From the NCBI GenBank assembly GCA_964389675.1, contig CAYMEV010000001.1:156539-220538 (forward strand): 64,000 bases of DNA. Direction: 5' to 3'. Of the stretch, positions 8,096-17,414 are shown in pieces (within the stretch, counting starts at the first letter, position 1; each line of letters begins with the position of its first letter). The notes under the pieces are model-generated. The model had not been told where the DNA came from. It saw only the letters and a list, made by a program, of their open reading frames with translations, and did not search any database. The position numbers were made by a program, and so were the translations under genes. This DNA comes from an uncultured Candidatus Sumerlaeota bacterium. Lineage in GTDB: Bacteria; CAYMEV01.

Positions 8096-10393
8096 ATGGA
8101 TGCTTCAATTATTATTCCCTGCTATAATTCAGAAAATACAATAAAGGAATGTATCGACAGCATAATCCTTGATTCACAGAATACACACCATAATGTGGAG
8201 ATCATTGCAGTCGATGACGGTTCAAACGACAGCACGAGGGATATACTCAGGAGCTACAAGGATGTAAAATATATCTATATCGAGAATATGGGGCCAGCTA
8301 CAGCAAGGAACAGGGGGGCAGAAACTGCCAGGGGAGAAATACTTCTTTTTACAGATTCAGACTGCATAGTCCAGCCAGGCTGGATCGATCAGATGCTGAT
8401 ACCCTTCCTTGAAAACAGACACATATCTGCAGTAAAAGGCGCCTACAGGACTCATCAGGAAGAGATTACAGCCCAGTTCTGCCAGCTTGAATTCCAGGAA
8501 AGATACCGGTTTCTTGAAAGACAGAAATTCATTGATTTTGTCGATACATATTCAGCGGCTTTCAAAAAGGATACATTCTGGGAGATAGGCGGATTTAACG
8601 AGAGTTTCCCCTATCCGAACAATGAGGATGTTGACTTGAGCTACAGGATGGCAAGCTACAGCAAGCTTATGGTCTTTAATCCAAAAGCGGTTGTTATACA
8701 TAAGCACAAAACAAAAGCAATTGATTATTTTAAGCTTAAATTCAGCAGGGCTTTCTGGCGGATGGTCGTTTACAGCAAATATCCTGAAAAGATAATCAGG
8801 GATTCTTATACGCCATACTCACTCAAAATTCAGATGATCCTTTTAGATGTTATGATCTTATCGCTTATACTAAGCCCTTTTATTAAACATGCCTTTTCCA
8901 TTTCTATTGCTGCTTTTGGTTTTTTTATCCTGTCATGCATACCTTTTTCTGTAACGGGCCTGAAGAACAGCTTCAGCCTTTTTCTGGTATCATTTCCAAT
9001 GCTTTTCCTGAGGGCACTGGCATTAAATCTCGGCATATTAGCATCCCTTTTCCCTATCAATCTAAATAAGCTGTTGAGCATAGGGCTTATAATTATTGAC
9101 AGCCTGACAATAATAGCCTCAATAATATTGTCATATATGGCTGTATCCTTTCTGTTATATGGAAGCCTTTTCAGCCCGGGCATTCCGATTAAAAGCTACC
9201 TGTATGCAATCCCTGCAGTAATCCTCCTTTATCTGATAATCCTTCAGAGTTCCGGGCTTTACCACATTCCTCAGAACTGTTCCGGAATATCCTATCTATT
9301 CAAGGTTTTCAGCAGTTCCCTGGTGCTGACTCTCTCGCTTGCTTCAATAAGCTACCTGTTTTTCCTTGATTATTCAAGGGCAGTTCTTGTATTGATATTC
9401 CCGACAGTATTCACGATTTCGATAACGGCAAGGATACTCTGGTTCAGGTTTTCAGAATTTCTTATCACAAGCGGCTACGGTACAAGAAGGGCTGTAATCG
9501 TCGGTATAAACGACACATCCAGGGCTCTCGCTGAAAAGATGATAAATATCAAAAACCTCGGCTACCGTTTTATCGGCTATATAGCCGGGAGCAGTAATGA
9601 AACAGGCCAGGCGAGAATAATAGGCAACATAAACAATCTGCCGAATATAATAAAGTCATACAGGATAAATGATGTGTTTTTTTCTGATCCTGAAATATCC
9701 ACAGATATTATTTTTGATATAATCTCAAGATCAAGCTATGACATAGCCTCATTCAAGATAGTCACTTCCGCCTCTGACATACTCATAAAAACAGTCGATA
9801 TCGAGTCCATTTCTGATATACCCCTGATCGACCTTAAAAATATACCCCCTTCATTTTTCTATAAGCTGTTAAAAAGGCTTTTTGACCTGGCTTTTGCTCT
9901 AATTCTCATTATACCACTTCTCATACCGCTTTTCATATTCTATCTTATCCTCATGGCATTCTGTGATGAAGAGCCTGTAATAAAGAGGACCCCCTCCACA
10001 GGCTATAAGGAAAAAGCTTTCAATATATTTACTTTCAATATAGACCCGTTAAAGAAAAAGGGTATATTAAAGGGCATTGTATATGGATTATATAAGAGGC
10101 TGTACATTTACCAGCTTCCAAAGCTTTTCAATGTATTCAACGGTACAATGAGTTTTGTAGGCCCAGGGGCGATCCCCAATGATTCTGCAAGGAAGTACAA
10201 AAGATGGCAGAGGATCCGGTTTGAGGCAATACCCGGGATTACAGGCATATCCCAGATAATGAACAGGGATCATAAGGATAATCCGGTAAGGATGCTGGAA
10301 TATGATTTCTTCTACATCAGGAACCGCTCCCTTGTAATGGACCTGGCAATACTTGTCAAAACGATAATTTATATGCTGTTTAAGGTATTATAG
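8096..10393 (+). CDS. Fusion protein: N-terminal GT2 glycosyltransferase, polytopic membrane region, C-terminal WbaP-type polyprenyl-phosphate phosphoglycosyltransferase (PGT)-like domain, apparently degenerate
   Basis: GT2: IIIPCYNSENTIKECIDSI..AVDDGSNDST..LLFTDSDCIV (DxD). PGT-like: Rossmann-like region GTRRAVIVGINDTS.., then YQLPKLFNVFNGTMSFVGPGA (cf. PglC/WbaP DELPQLINVLKGDMSLVGPRP) and PGITGISQI (cf. PGLTGLAQV). Confidence 0.65.
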   Translation: MDASIIIPCYNSENTIKECIDSIILDSQNTHHNVEIIAVDDGSNDSTRDILRSYKDVKYIYIENMGPATARNRGAETARGEILLFTDSDCIVQPGWIDQMLIPFLENRHISAVKGAYRTHQEEITAQFCQLEFQERYRFLERQKFIDFVDTYSAAFKKDTFWEIGGFNESFPYPNNEDVDLSYRMASYSKLMVFNPKAVVIHKHKTKAIDYFKLKFSRAFWRMVVYSKYPEKIIRDSYTPYSLKIQMILLDVMILSLILSPFIKHAFSISIAAFGFFILSCIPFSVTGLKNSFSLFLVSFPMLFLRALALNLGILASLFPINLNKLLSIGLIIIDSLTIIASIILSYMAVSFLLYGSLFSPGIPIKSYLYAIPAVILLYLIILQSSGLYHIPQNCSGISYLFKVFSSSLVLTLSLASISYLFFLDYSRAVLVLIFPTVFTISITARILWFRFSEFLITSGYGTRRAVIVGINDTSRALAEKMINIKNLGYRFIGYIAGSSNETGQARIIGNINNLPNIIKSYRINDVFFSDPEISTDIIFDIISRSSYDIASFKIVTSASDILIKTVDIESISDIPLIDLKNIPPSFFYKLLKRLFDLAFALILIIPLLIPLFIFYLILMAFCDEEPVIKRTPSTGYKEKAFNIFTFNIDPLKKKGILKGIVYGLYKRLYIYQLPKLFNVFNGTMSFVGPGAIPNDSARKYKRWQRIRFEAIPGITGISQIMNRDHKDNPVRMLEYDFFYIRNRSLVMDLAILVKTIIYMLFKVL

Positions 10394-10398
10394 GACAT

Positions 10399-11823
10399 AT
10401 GAAAGTTTTCTTTATCAACCCGCCTTTCATTAAAAAATTCTCAAGGCCTCAAAGGTCCCCCGCAGTCACCAAGAGTAATACAATGTATTATCCGCTGATG
10501 CTTTCTCAGGCTGCAGCAAACCTGAAATACCTTGCTTCAATAAATGTCTGCCTTATTGATGCATGCGCAAAAAGCATGACTGAAGAGGAAGTATTTGAAA
10601 AGATACCTGAATCGGACGAGAACCTGGCTGTCATAGAAACATCTACACCAAGCATTGAAAATGATATATCCTTTGCAGAGAGACTGAAGGAAAAGAGGAA
10701 AATAAAGACCTTCCTGGCAGGTACCCATGTCAGCGTTCTTAAAGATAAGATATTAAAAGACAGCAGGATTGACGGCTTATTTACCGGAGAATGGGACAGG
10801 ACTATCATGGATATGCTTGATAAAGGCATTGAAAACACGGGCGGAATTATATATAGAAAGGAAGAAGAAATTATAGATACCGGAGAACCCGATGTTTTTG
10901 AAAACCTTGATTCATTACCCTTTGTATCAAGGATATACAGGGAATTTCTGGATATAAAAGACTATTTCAATCCAAATGCCAGGTTTCCCATGGTGACTAT
11001 CTCTACATCAAGAGGGTGCCCTTTCACCTGCAGGTTCTGCCTTTATCCCCAGACATTCTTCAGGGCAAAGATAAGAAGAAGAAGCATTGATCACATTCTC
11101 AAAGAGATTGATTATATACTAAAAGAGCTTAAGCCTGCTTCAATATTCTTCGAGGATGACTGCTTCACATACGATAAGGAATTTGTCAGAGATTTCTGCA
11201 AAGAGATAATAAAAAGATATAAAAAGCCTTTCAAATGGACTGCAAATGCACGTGCAGACCTGGATTATGAACTGCTTGCCCTGATGAAAAAAGCGGGGCT
11301 GACAGTGCTTTGTGTCGGATATGAAAGCGGCAATCAGAAGGTTCTGGACTGGATAGACAAGAAGATCACCGTGGAAAGGATGATAAGATTCAGCGAATCC
11401 GCAAAAAAAGCAAAAGTACTGGTACATGGCTGTTTTGTCCTGGGGGCTCCGTTCGAGGACTTTGACAGCCTGAAAAAGACACTGGATCTAGTGCTCAGGG
11501 TCAGGCCTGATACAATCCAGGTCTATCCGATAATTGTATACCCGGGGACAAAAATATATCAGGAATACGAATACCTGGGGCTTCTTGAATTTGAAACCTA
11601 CAGGGACTGGCTTACAGAAAAAGGTCTTCTGAATACAACCATCAGGACAAAACATCTATCAAAAAAGGACCTTATTGATTATACATATCTCATAAGGAAA
11701 AAATTCTACCTCAGGCCGTCATATATAATAAAAAAAGGATTTTCAACAATTTTAAACCCCAGGGAATTTTCAAGGACATTCAAGGCTTTCAAGGCTTTCT
11801 GCAGGTTCATAAAAAACAGGTAA
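10399..11823 (+). CDS. B12-binding-domain radical SAM protein
   Basis: 474 aa. N-terminal cobalamin-binding-like region, then TISTSRGCPFTCRFCLYPQ (CxxxCxxC) and a radical-SAM core (VGYESGNQKVL). The start lies 5 bp after the upstream gene. Confidence 0.7.
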   Translation: MKVFFINPPFIKKFSRPQRSPAVTKSNTMYYPLMLSQAAANLKYLASINVCLIDACAKSMTEEEVFEKIPESDENLAVIETSTPSIENDISFAERLKEKRKIKTFLAGTHVSVLKDKILKDSRIDGLFTGEWDRTIMDMLDKGIENTGGIIYRKEEEIIDTGEPDVFENLDSLPFVSRIYREFLDIKDYFNPNARFPMVTISTSRGCPFTCRFCLYPQTFFRAKIRRRSIDHILKEIDYILKELKPASIFFEDDCFTYDKEFVRDFCKEIIKRYKKPFKWTANARADLDYELLALMKKAGLTVLCVGYESGNQKVLDWIDKKITVERMIRFSESAKKAKVLVHGCFVLGAPFEDFDSLKKTLDLVLRVRPDTIQVYPIIVYPGTKIYQEYEYLGLLEFETYRDWLTEKGLLNTTIRTKHLSKKDLIDYTYLIRKKFYLRPSYIIKKGFSTILNPREFSRTFKAFKAFCRFIKNR

Positions 11824-11866
11824 TTATAAGAAATAAATATCCCCGGCTACTCTCTGCATTTTTTTT

Positions 11867-11895
11867 TTGACATTAAAATCATTCAAGGCAATAAT
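11867..11895 (+). promoter_or_regulatory. Candidate sigma70-like promoter TTGACA-N17-AATAAT upstream of the hydrogenase operon
   Basis: TTGACA at 11867-11872, a 17-nt spacer, AATAAT at 11890-11895, preceded by a T10 tract. It lies about 140 nt before the hydB start. Confidence 0.3.
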
Positions 11896-12038
11896 TTATT
11901 ATGCTTTGTTTTTGTTGTCGGTTTCATCTGGAAGAAACATCCTCAGAAAGTAAGACATTTAGATTAAAAAATGCTTTTACAAAGATTTTAAAATATCTTA
12001 ATAAAAACCAAAAATCCTCTTAACAGGTAGGTAGAACT

Positions 12039-13076
12039 ATGCAAAATGTTATTCTAAAAAAGGAAAACTTTGATTCTTTCATCAAAGTGATTATGAAGCA
12101 GAAGAGGCTTGTCGGTCCGGTAAAAAAGGGTCTTAAAAGCTATTCCTTCCAGGATATCCATGACAGCAGTGAAATAGCTTTGAATTATATCCCCACAATC
12201 CTCCCTCCGAAAAAATACTTTATGCCTCAGGAGGAGACTTTCCTGCAATACGACAAGTCAGGCGGGGAAAACACCCAGGGTATTATTGAATATGATGATA
12301 TCATCATATTCGGCGTTCACACCTGCGACCTTGCAGGAATTCAGGCTCTCAATGTGGTATTCCAGGAACCACCGAAGGACCTGAATTATCTCTACAAAAA
12401 GAACCACATAACAATCATCGGCCTTGAATGCAATGATTACTGTGATGAACATGCATCCTGCGCGCTGATGAACAACCATATCCCTACAGGCGGATATGAC
12501 CTTTTCTTCACTGATCTTCAGGATTATTTCTTTGTTCATATCAATACTGATGAAGGTGAAAAGATCGTTAAATCAGCCGGCTGCTTTGACAGGGCTGAAA
12601 GCCACCATCATAAGGCACTTCAGGACCTCAGGGAAAAGAAAAAAGAAATATTCAAAAGGGAAGTTGATGTCAAGCTTGAGGATATTTCCAGGATATTTGA
12701 CAGGGCCTATAACTGCAGTGTATGGGAAAAGCTTGGAGAAAAATGCCTTGCATGCGGAAACTGCACAAATGTATGCCCGACCTGTTATTGCTTCGATGTC
12801 ATTGACGAATTAAACCTCGATCTTAATACAGGAAGGAGATACAGGGTCTGGGATTCATGCCAGGCCCAGCCGTTCGCCAGGATAGCAGGTGATGAAAACA
12901 CCAGGGAAAATCGTTCGGAAAGGCAGAGGCACAGATTTTTCAGGAAATTCAACTATCAGAACGATAAGTATTTCAGGTATTTCTGCACAGGCTGCGGAAG
13001 ATGTTCAAGGACATGCATGGCAGGAATTGACCTGAAAGAGACCCTTAATGAAATTATTAAGGAGGTAGGAGCGTAA
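12039..13076 (+). CDS. hydB: Cytoplasmic NiFe hydrogenase (sulfhydrogenase-type) beta subunit, Fe-S
   Basis: 345 aa with cysteine clusters CLACGNCTNVCPTCYCF and CTGCGRCSRTCMAGI. It is first in a beta-gamma-delta-alpha gene order typical of group 3b NiFe hydrogenases. It is also similar to AsrA. Confidence 0.7.
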   Translation: MQNVILKKENFDSFIKVIMKQKRLVGPVKKGLKSYSFQDIHDSSEIALNYIPTILPPKKYFMPQEETFLQYDKSGGENTQGIIEYDDIIIFGVHTCDLAGIQALNVVFQEPPKDLNYLYKKNHITIIGLECNDYCDEHASCALMNNHIPTGGYDLFFTDLQDYFFVHINTDEGEKIVKSAGCFDRAESHHHKALQDLREKKKEIFKREVDVKLEDISRIFDRAYNCSVWEKLGEKCLACGNCTNVCPTCYCFDVIDELNLDLNTGRRYRVWDSCQAQPFARIAGDENTRENRSERQRHRFFRKFNYQNDKYFRYFCTGCGRCSRTCMAGIDLKETLNEIIKEVGA

Positions 13077-13912
13077 TGAATACAGTTTTTGTCAAAGACT
13101 CGGAATATGTGACAAAAAAGGGAAAGATACTTGACACAAAACAGCTTACTTCCATGGAGAGATACTATAAAATAGAGCTCCCCGGAGGAGAAGACCTTAA
13201 GCATGAACCAGGCCAGTTTGTCCAGGTATCCCTGTGCGGTGTCGGAGAAGCCCCCATCTCAATATCCTCAAGCCCCACTCAGTATGGTTCATTCGAGCTT
13301 GTAGTCAGAAAAGTGGGAAGATTCACCAGCGCATTGAGCAAACTTGATGCGGGAGATGAACTGGGCATCAGGGGGCCTTACGGAAATGGCTTTCCCATCA
13401 GGGTACTTGAAGGCAATGACCTTCTCTTTATTGCCGGCGGTATTGGCATTGTCCCTTTAAGGTCGCTTATCAACTATGTGATCGACAATAGAAGGGATTT
13501 TGGAAAGGTGACCATACTCTTCGGGTGTAAAACGCCTGGAGATATGCTTTTTTCAGATGAATTTGAAACATGGGAAAACAGGCTTGACCTTGAATTCAAA
13601 TGCACCGTTGATAAGGGGGATCCCTCATGGAAAGGTAACGTAGGCCTTATTACCGGGCTCATCCCAGGTATTAACCTTACACCGTCAAAAACATTCGCTA
13701 TTGTATGTGGTCCTCCAATAATGTATAAGTTTGTAATTAAAGAACTTATCAATAAGGACATACCGGAGCGTCAGATATTCCTGTCACTTGAGAACCACAT
13801 GAAATGCGGTATCGGCAAATGCGGGCACTGTCAGATCAACGATCTTTACTGCTGCAAGGACGGTCCTGTCTTTAGCTATGATCAAATAAAAAATAAGGAA
13901 GAGGCAATTTAG
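13076..13912 (+). CDS. hydG: Hydrogenase gamma subunit: FAD/NAD(P)-binding oxidoreductase with C-terminal 2Fe-2S
   Basis: 278 aa. FNR-like fold (FELVVRKVGRFTSAL, LFIAGGIGIVPLRSL) with C-terminal CGIGKCGHCQINDLYCCKDGPVFS. ATG overlaps the hydB stop. Confidence 0.7.
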   Translation: MNTVFVKDSEYVTKKGKILDTKQLTSMERYYKIELPGGEDLKHEPGQFVQVSLCGVGEAPISISSSPTQYGSFELVVRKVGRFTSALSKLDAGDELGIRGPYGNGFPIRVLEGNDLLFIAGGIGIVPLRSLINYVIDNRRDFGKVTILFGCKTPGDMLFSDEFETWENRLDLEFKCTVDKGDPSWKGNVGLITGLIPGINLTPSKTFAIVCGPPIMYKFVIKELINKDIPERQIFLSLENHMKCGIGKCGHCQINDLYCCKDGPVFSYDQIKNKEEAI

Positions 13913-13913
13913 T

Positions 13914-14660
13914 ATGAGTAAGCCAAAAATAGCGTTTTTTGATTTTGCTTGTTGTGAAGGATGCCAGCTCCAGATCGCAAATATAGGTGAATTGCTCCTT
14001 GATGTACTGGAACTGGTAGATGTAGTGGAATTCAGAGAGGTAATGTCTGAAAAGTGGGAAGGCATGCTGGATGTAGCAGTCGTTGAAGGAAGCATCACAG
14101 ATAATCATGCTGTAGAAAGAATTAAGAAGATCAGAGAAAGATGCAAAATACTGATAGCCTATGGCGCCTGCGCTACTATAGGTGGTGTCAATGGCATGAA
14201 GAACAATTTTGACCTTACAGATATCAAGGAATATGTCTACGGTGATAAGCATAAGTATTTTGACAGCATCCCTACAAGGCCTGTTTCAGATGTCGTACCG
14301 GTTGATTACTATGTCCATGGATGCCCGATATATCCTCCTGAATTTATAAAGGTACTGAAATCTGTACTCCAGGGCATTAAATACATAGTCCCCGATCATT
14401 CAGTCTGCCAGGAATGCAAGCTCAATGAGAATGAATGCCTGTTTGAAAAGGGTATAGTCTGCCTGGGGCCGATTACCCGTGCAGGATGTAATTCATGGTG
14501 TCCGAATAACGGAAATATCTGTTACGGCTGCAGGGGAATGGTCAGCAATCCAAATACAAAGGGAGCTACAGATGTCCTTAAAAAATACAGGATATCAATG
14601 GATTATATAATTAATAAATTTCATATGTATAATACATGCAGGGAGCAGAAAGATGAGTAA
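13914..14660 (+). CDS. hydD: NiFe hydrogenase small (delta) subunit, NuoB-like
   Basis: 248 aa. N-terminal proximal-cluster motif FDFACCEGCQLQ; further cysteines GACATIGG and CQECKLNENEC. Confidence 0.75.
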   Translation: MSKPKIAFFDFACCEGCQLQIANIGELLLDVLELVDVVEFREVMSEKWEGMLDVAVVEGSITDNHAVERIKKIRERCKILIAYGACATIGGVNGMKNNFDLTDIKEYVYGDKHKYFDSIPTRPVSDVVPVDYYVHGCPIYPPEFIKVLKSVLQGIKYIVPDHSVCQECKLNENECLFEKGIVCLGPITRAGCNSWCPNNGNICYGCRGMVSNPNTKGATDVLKKYRISMDYIINKFHMYNTCREQKDE

Positions 14661-15978
14661 CAGGAATCTAAATATAAATGTAGAATACCTCACAAGGGTT
14701 GAGGGCCACGGCAATATTGTAGTTGATGTCAAGAACGGCGAATTATTGAAATGCCAGCTTCAGATAGTTGAATCACCCAGGCTTTTCGAGGGGATGCTCA
14801 GGGGCAGGTCTATTTTTGAAGCACAGCATATAACATCGAGGATCTGCGGTATATGCTCATGCGGTCATTCACTTGCCTCCATCCAGGCTGCTGAGGATGC
14901 AATATCTTTCATTCCTTCCGAGCAGACACAGGAGCTTCGAAAACTGCTCCTGCACATGGAGACTCTTGACAGCCACATCCTCCATATATATATCCTTGTC
15001 GCGCCGGACCTCCTCGGGGTAAAAAGCTTCGTACCGCTTATAAAGACCCATAATACAGTGGTAAGAAGGGCTCTCAGGCTTAAAAAGAGCTGTAATGACA
15101 TATGTGATATTCTGGTTGGAAGGCATGTACATCCAATATCAGCAATTGTAGGCGGCTTTACAAAACTTCCGCGCAAAAATGATCTGGACAGGATGCTGGA
15201 GATCCTCTATGTCATGAGAGATGATATGGATGAGACCCTTGAACTTGCAAAAACACTTAAATTCCCGGAATTCGAGAGAGAAACGGAATATATCGCCCTG
15301 GTCAATGATTCTGAGGAATATCCTTTCCTGTGCGGAGATGTCGGTTCATCTGACAATCACAGGTACAGCAAGTCTGAATACAGGGATCTGACAAATGAAT
15401 TTATCGTTCCGCATTCCAGTGCTAAGCATACCAGAAACAAAAGGGAATCCTATGCTGTTGGAGCACTTGCAAGGTATAACCTGAATTATCATAAATTGAA
15501 CAGGAAGGCAAAACAGGCCGCAGAATCGCTTGGCCTGCCGCCAAGGCTTACAAATCCATATCTAAATACTGCTGCACAGCTAATTGAATGTGTTCATGCA
15601 ATTGAAGACAGCATAAGGATAATACAGGAATATAAGGAAAAGGGGATCGATTATCAGCAGGAGATTACTGTAGGGCTTAATGAAAATGGCACAATTCCCG
15701 TGGTTAAGGGAGAGGGATTTGGTGCTGTTGAGGTTCCGAGGGGTATCCTTTTCCATAATTACAGGGTTGACGAGAAGGGTACGATCACGGATGCCAATTG
15801 TATTATACCGACAAATCAGAACTGCAACAATATTGAATGGGATATGAAAAAGCTGATTCCTGAGATCATGCATAAGACAGACGAGGAGATAGAACTTCTG
15901 CTTGAAATGCTTGTGCGTGCTTATGATCCATGTATTTCATGCTCTGCTCATTTTCTGGACATAGAGCTGATACGCTGA
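14653..15978 (+). CDS. hydA: NiFe hydrogenase large (alpha) subunit
   Basis: 441 aa. N-terminal Ni-binding RICGICSCGHSLA and C-terminal DPCISCSAHFLDIELIR (the two CxxC pairs of NiFe large subunits). 8-bp overlap with hydD. Confidence 0.85.
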   Translation: MSNRNLNINVEYLTRVEGHGNIVVDVKNGELLKCQLQIVESPRLFEGMLRGRSIFEAQHITSRICGICSCGHSLASIQAAEDAISFIPSEQTQELRKLLLHMETLDSHILHIYILVAPDLLGVKSFVPLIKTHNTVVRRALRLKKSCNDICDILVGRHVHPISAIVGGFTKLPRKNDLDRMLEILYVMRDDMDETLELAKTLKFPEFERETEYIALVNDSEEYPFLCGDVGSSDNHRYSKSEYRDLTNEFIVPHSSAKHTRNKRESYAVGALARYNLNYHKLNRKAKQAAESLGLPPRLTNPYLNTAAQLIECVHAIEDSIRIIQEYKEKGIDYQQEITVGLNENGTIPVVKGEGFGAVEVPRGILFHNYRVDEKGTITDANCIIPTNQNCNNIEWDMKKLIPEIMHKTDEEIELLLEMLVRAYDPCISCSAHFLDIELIR

Positions 15979-16001
15979 CAAAAAGCATTTTATAGAAACC
16001 G

Positions 16002-16030
16002 CCCGGCCCTGGCTTAGTCTCCAGGGCCGG
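16002..16030. terminator. GC-rich hairpin in a convergent intergenic region (putative bidirectional terminator)
   Basis: CCGGCCCTGG (16003-16012), loop CTTAGTCT, CCAGGGCCGG (16021-16030). A 10-bp perfect stem in AT-rich spacer between the hydA stop (15978) and the fdhD stop (16106). Confidence 0.5.
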
Positions 16031-16105
16031 ATATATCATTCCTGCACGGAACAGCCTTCTCCTGTAATTCTTAAATGCAGGGAATATCCAATCCATTAAA
16101 AGGTA

Positions 16106-16831
16106 TCAGGTATAGATGTTGAACCTTTTATTCCTCGAGAAACCTATTATTTTCAGGTTATATAGCATTGCCATGTTTATGGCTGAATATGTTACCGCTG
16201 ATCGTGATACAAGCAGGGGGATCTTAGCCCTGACGACCTTTTTGACAATCTCTGAGGAAAGCCTTCCTGTTGTAAGCATCATATGCCCTTGTGGCTTAAT
16301 ATTATTTTTCAGGATAAATCCAATGATCTTATCAACAGAATTATGCCTTCCAATATCTTCAAATGATACGATAAATCTTTCCTCCTGAAATAAAGCTGCA
16401 AGATGTGTACACCCGGTATCTTCGAAGTATTGCCCTCTTTTCAGAAATTGAGCGGTATTTCCAATTATGACATGAGTATCCGGATTGTAACTGTCCTTTA
16501 TCGGTGATAATTCTTCAAAGGCTTCACCTGAAGAAAAACACGAAGAAACCAGGGAAAATTGATCAGGGGTTTTCAAACCCTCGCGCAGTCTGATTCTTGC
16601 TTCGTAATCCTTCATCTTTATTTCAAGAACATCATCCATGCAGGAAATGAAAAAATTGGTAAAAAGATATCCATAGACGAAATATTCAATGAATTCGGGT
16701 AATAATCGGACAGAATATGTTTTTTCCCCTATGATTATATTGAGGTTCTTTTCCTCTATGACCTTGTCTTCTTTGTCTTGATAAGAACGATCTTTATATT
16801 GCTTTATCGAGACACTTTTTATAAAATCCAT
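16106..16831 (-). CDS. fdhD: Formate dehydrogenase accessory sulfurtransferase FdhD
   Basis: 241 aa. GCTHLAALF..IGRHNSVDKIIGF..LLVSRSAVTYSAINMA matches the FdhD active-site Cys-loop and C-terminal motifs. Confidence 0.75.
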   Translation of the reverse strand: MDFIKSVSIKQYKDRSYQDKEDKVIEEKNLNIIIGEKTYSVRLLPEFIEYFVYGYLFTNFFISCMDDVLEIKMKDYEARIRLREGLKTPDQFSLVSSCFSSGEAFEELSPIKDSYNPDTHVIIGNTAQFLKRGQYFEDTGCTHLAALFQEERFIVSFEDIGRHNSVDKIIGFILKNNIKPQGHMMLTTGRLSSEIVKKVVRAKIPLLVSRSAVTYSAINMAMLYNLKIIGFSRNKRFNIYT

Positions 16832-17414
16832 TGAGTTTCACCAAATCTCCCTTTGTATTTATATTAATGAAGCTTTCACCATCCCGGTCATATTCTCCCC
16901 AGATTGTTTCATCAATATCAAAAATGCTGAGATTATTAAAGAGATCTGATATTTTGTATGCTTTCCTGATTATCTGCGCCTCTGCAAAATTAATAATAGC
17001 ACGGGAATATACTGCAAATAACGGCTCGTAGAATCCATTGTTCACAGGAACAAAAACATCTGCATCCACGTATTCAACCAGGCTGAGCATTTTTTCAAGG
17101 AGAGCTGTTTTTATAAAGGGCATATCTCCGCCGAGAACAAATATATAATTGCTGTTGATTCTTTTCAATGCAGTATATATGCCGCCTATAGGGCCAAGGC
17201 CAGGCCTGATGTCCCGGAATGAGAGTATATCCCTGTCTGTATATTTTTCTCCGATTATATAAACAGGAAAGGAAGGGGGGACCAGATCCAGGACTGTGTC
17301 CAGGATAGACTTGTTATCTATCTTGAACGTCAGCTTATTCTGACCAAAACGGGAACTTAACCCCCCCGTTAAAATAGCAAAAGAAATATTATTTACACTC
17401 TTCCTGCTGTCCAC
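16794..17414 (-). CDS. mobA: Molybdenum cofactor guanylyltransferase MobA
   Basis: 206 aa. N-terminus SFAILTGGLSSRFGQNKL (MobA LAGG.SxRMG motif) and GPLGGIYTAL. Confidence 0.75.
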   Translation of the reverse strand: MDSRKSVNNISFAILTGGLSSRFGQNKLTFKIDNKSILDTVLDLVPPSFPVYIIGEKYTDRDILSFRDIRPGLGPIGGIYTALKRINSNYIFVLGGDMPFIKTALLEKMLSLVEYVDADVFVPVNNGFYEPLFAVYSRAIINFAEAQIIRKAYKISDLFNNLSIFDIDETIWGEYDRDGESFININTKGDLVKLNGFYKKCLDKAI

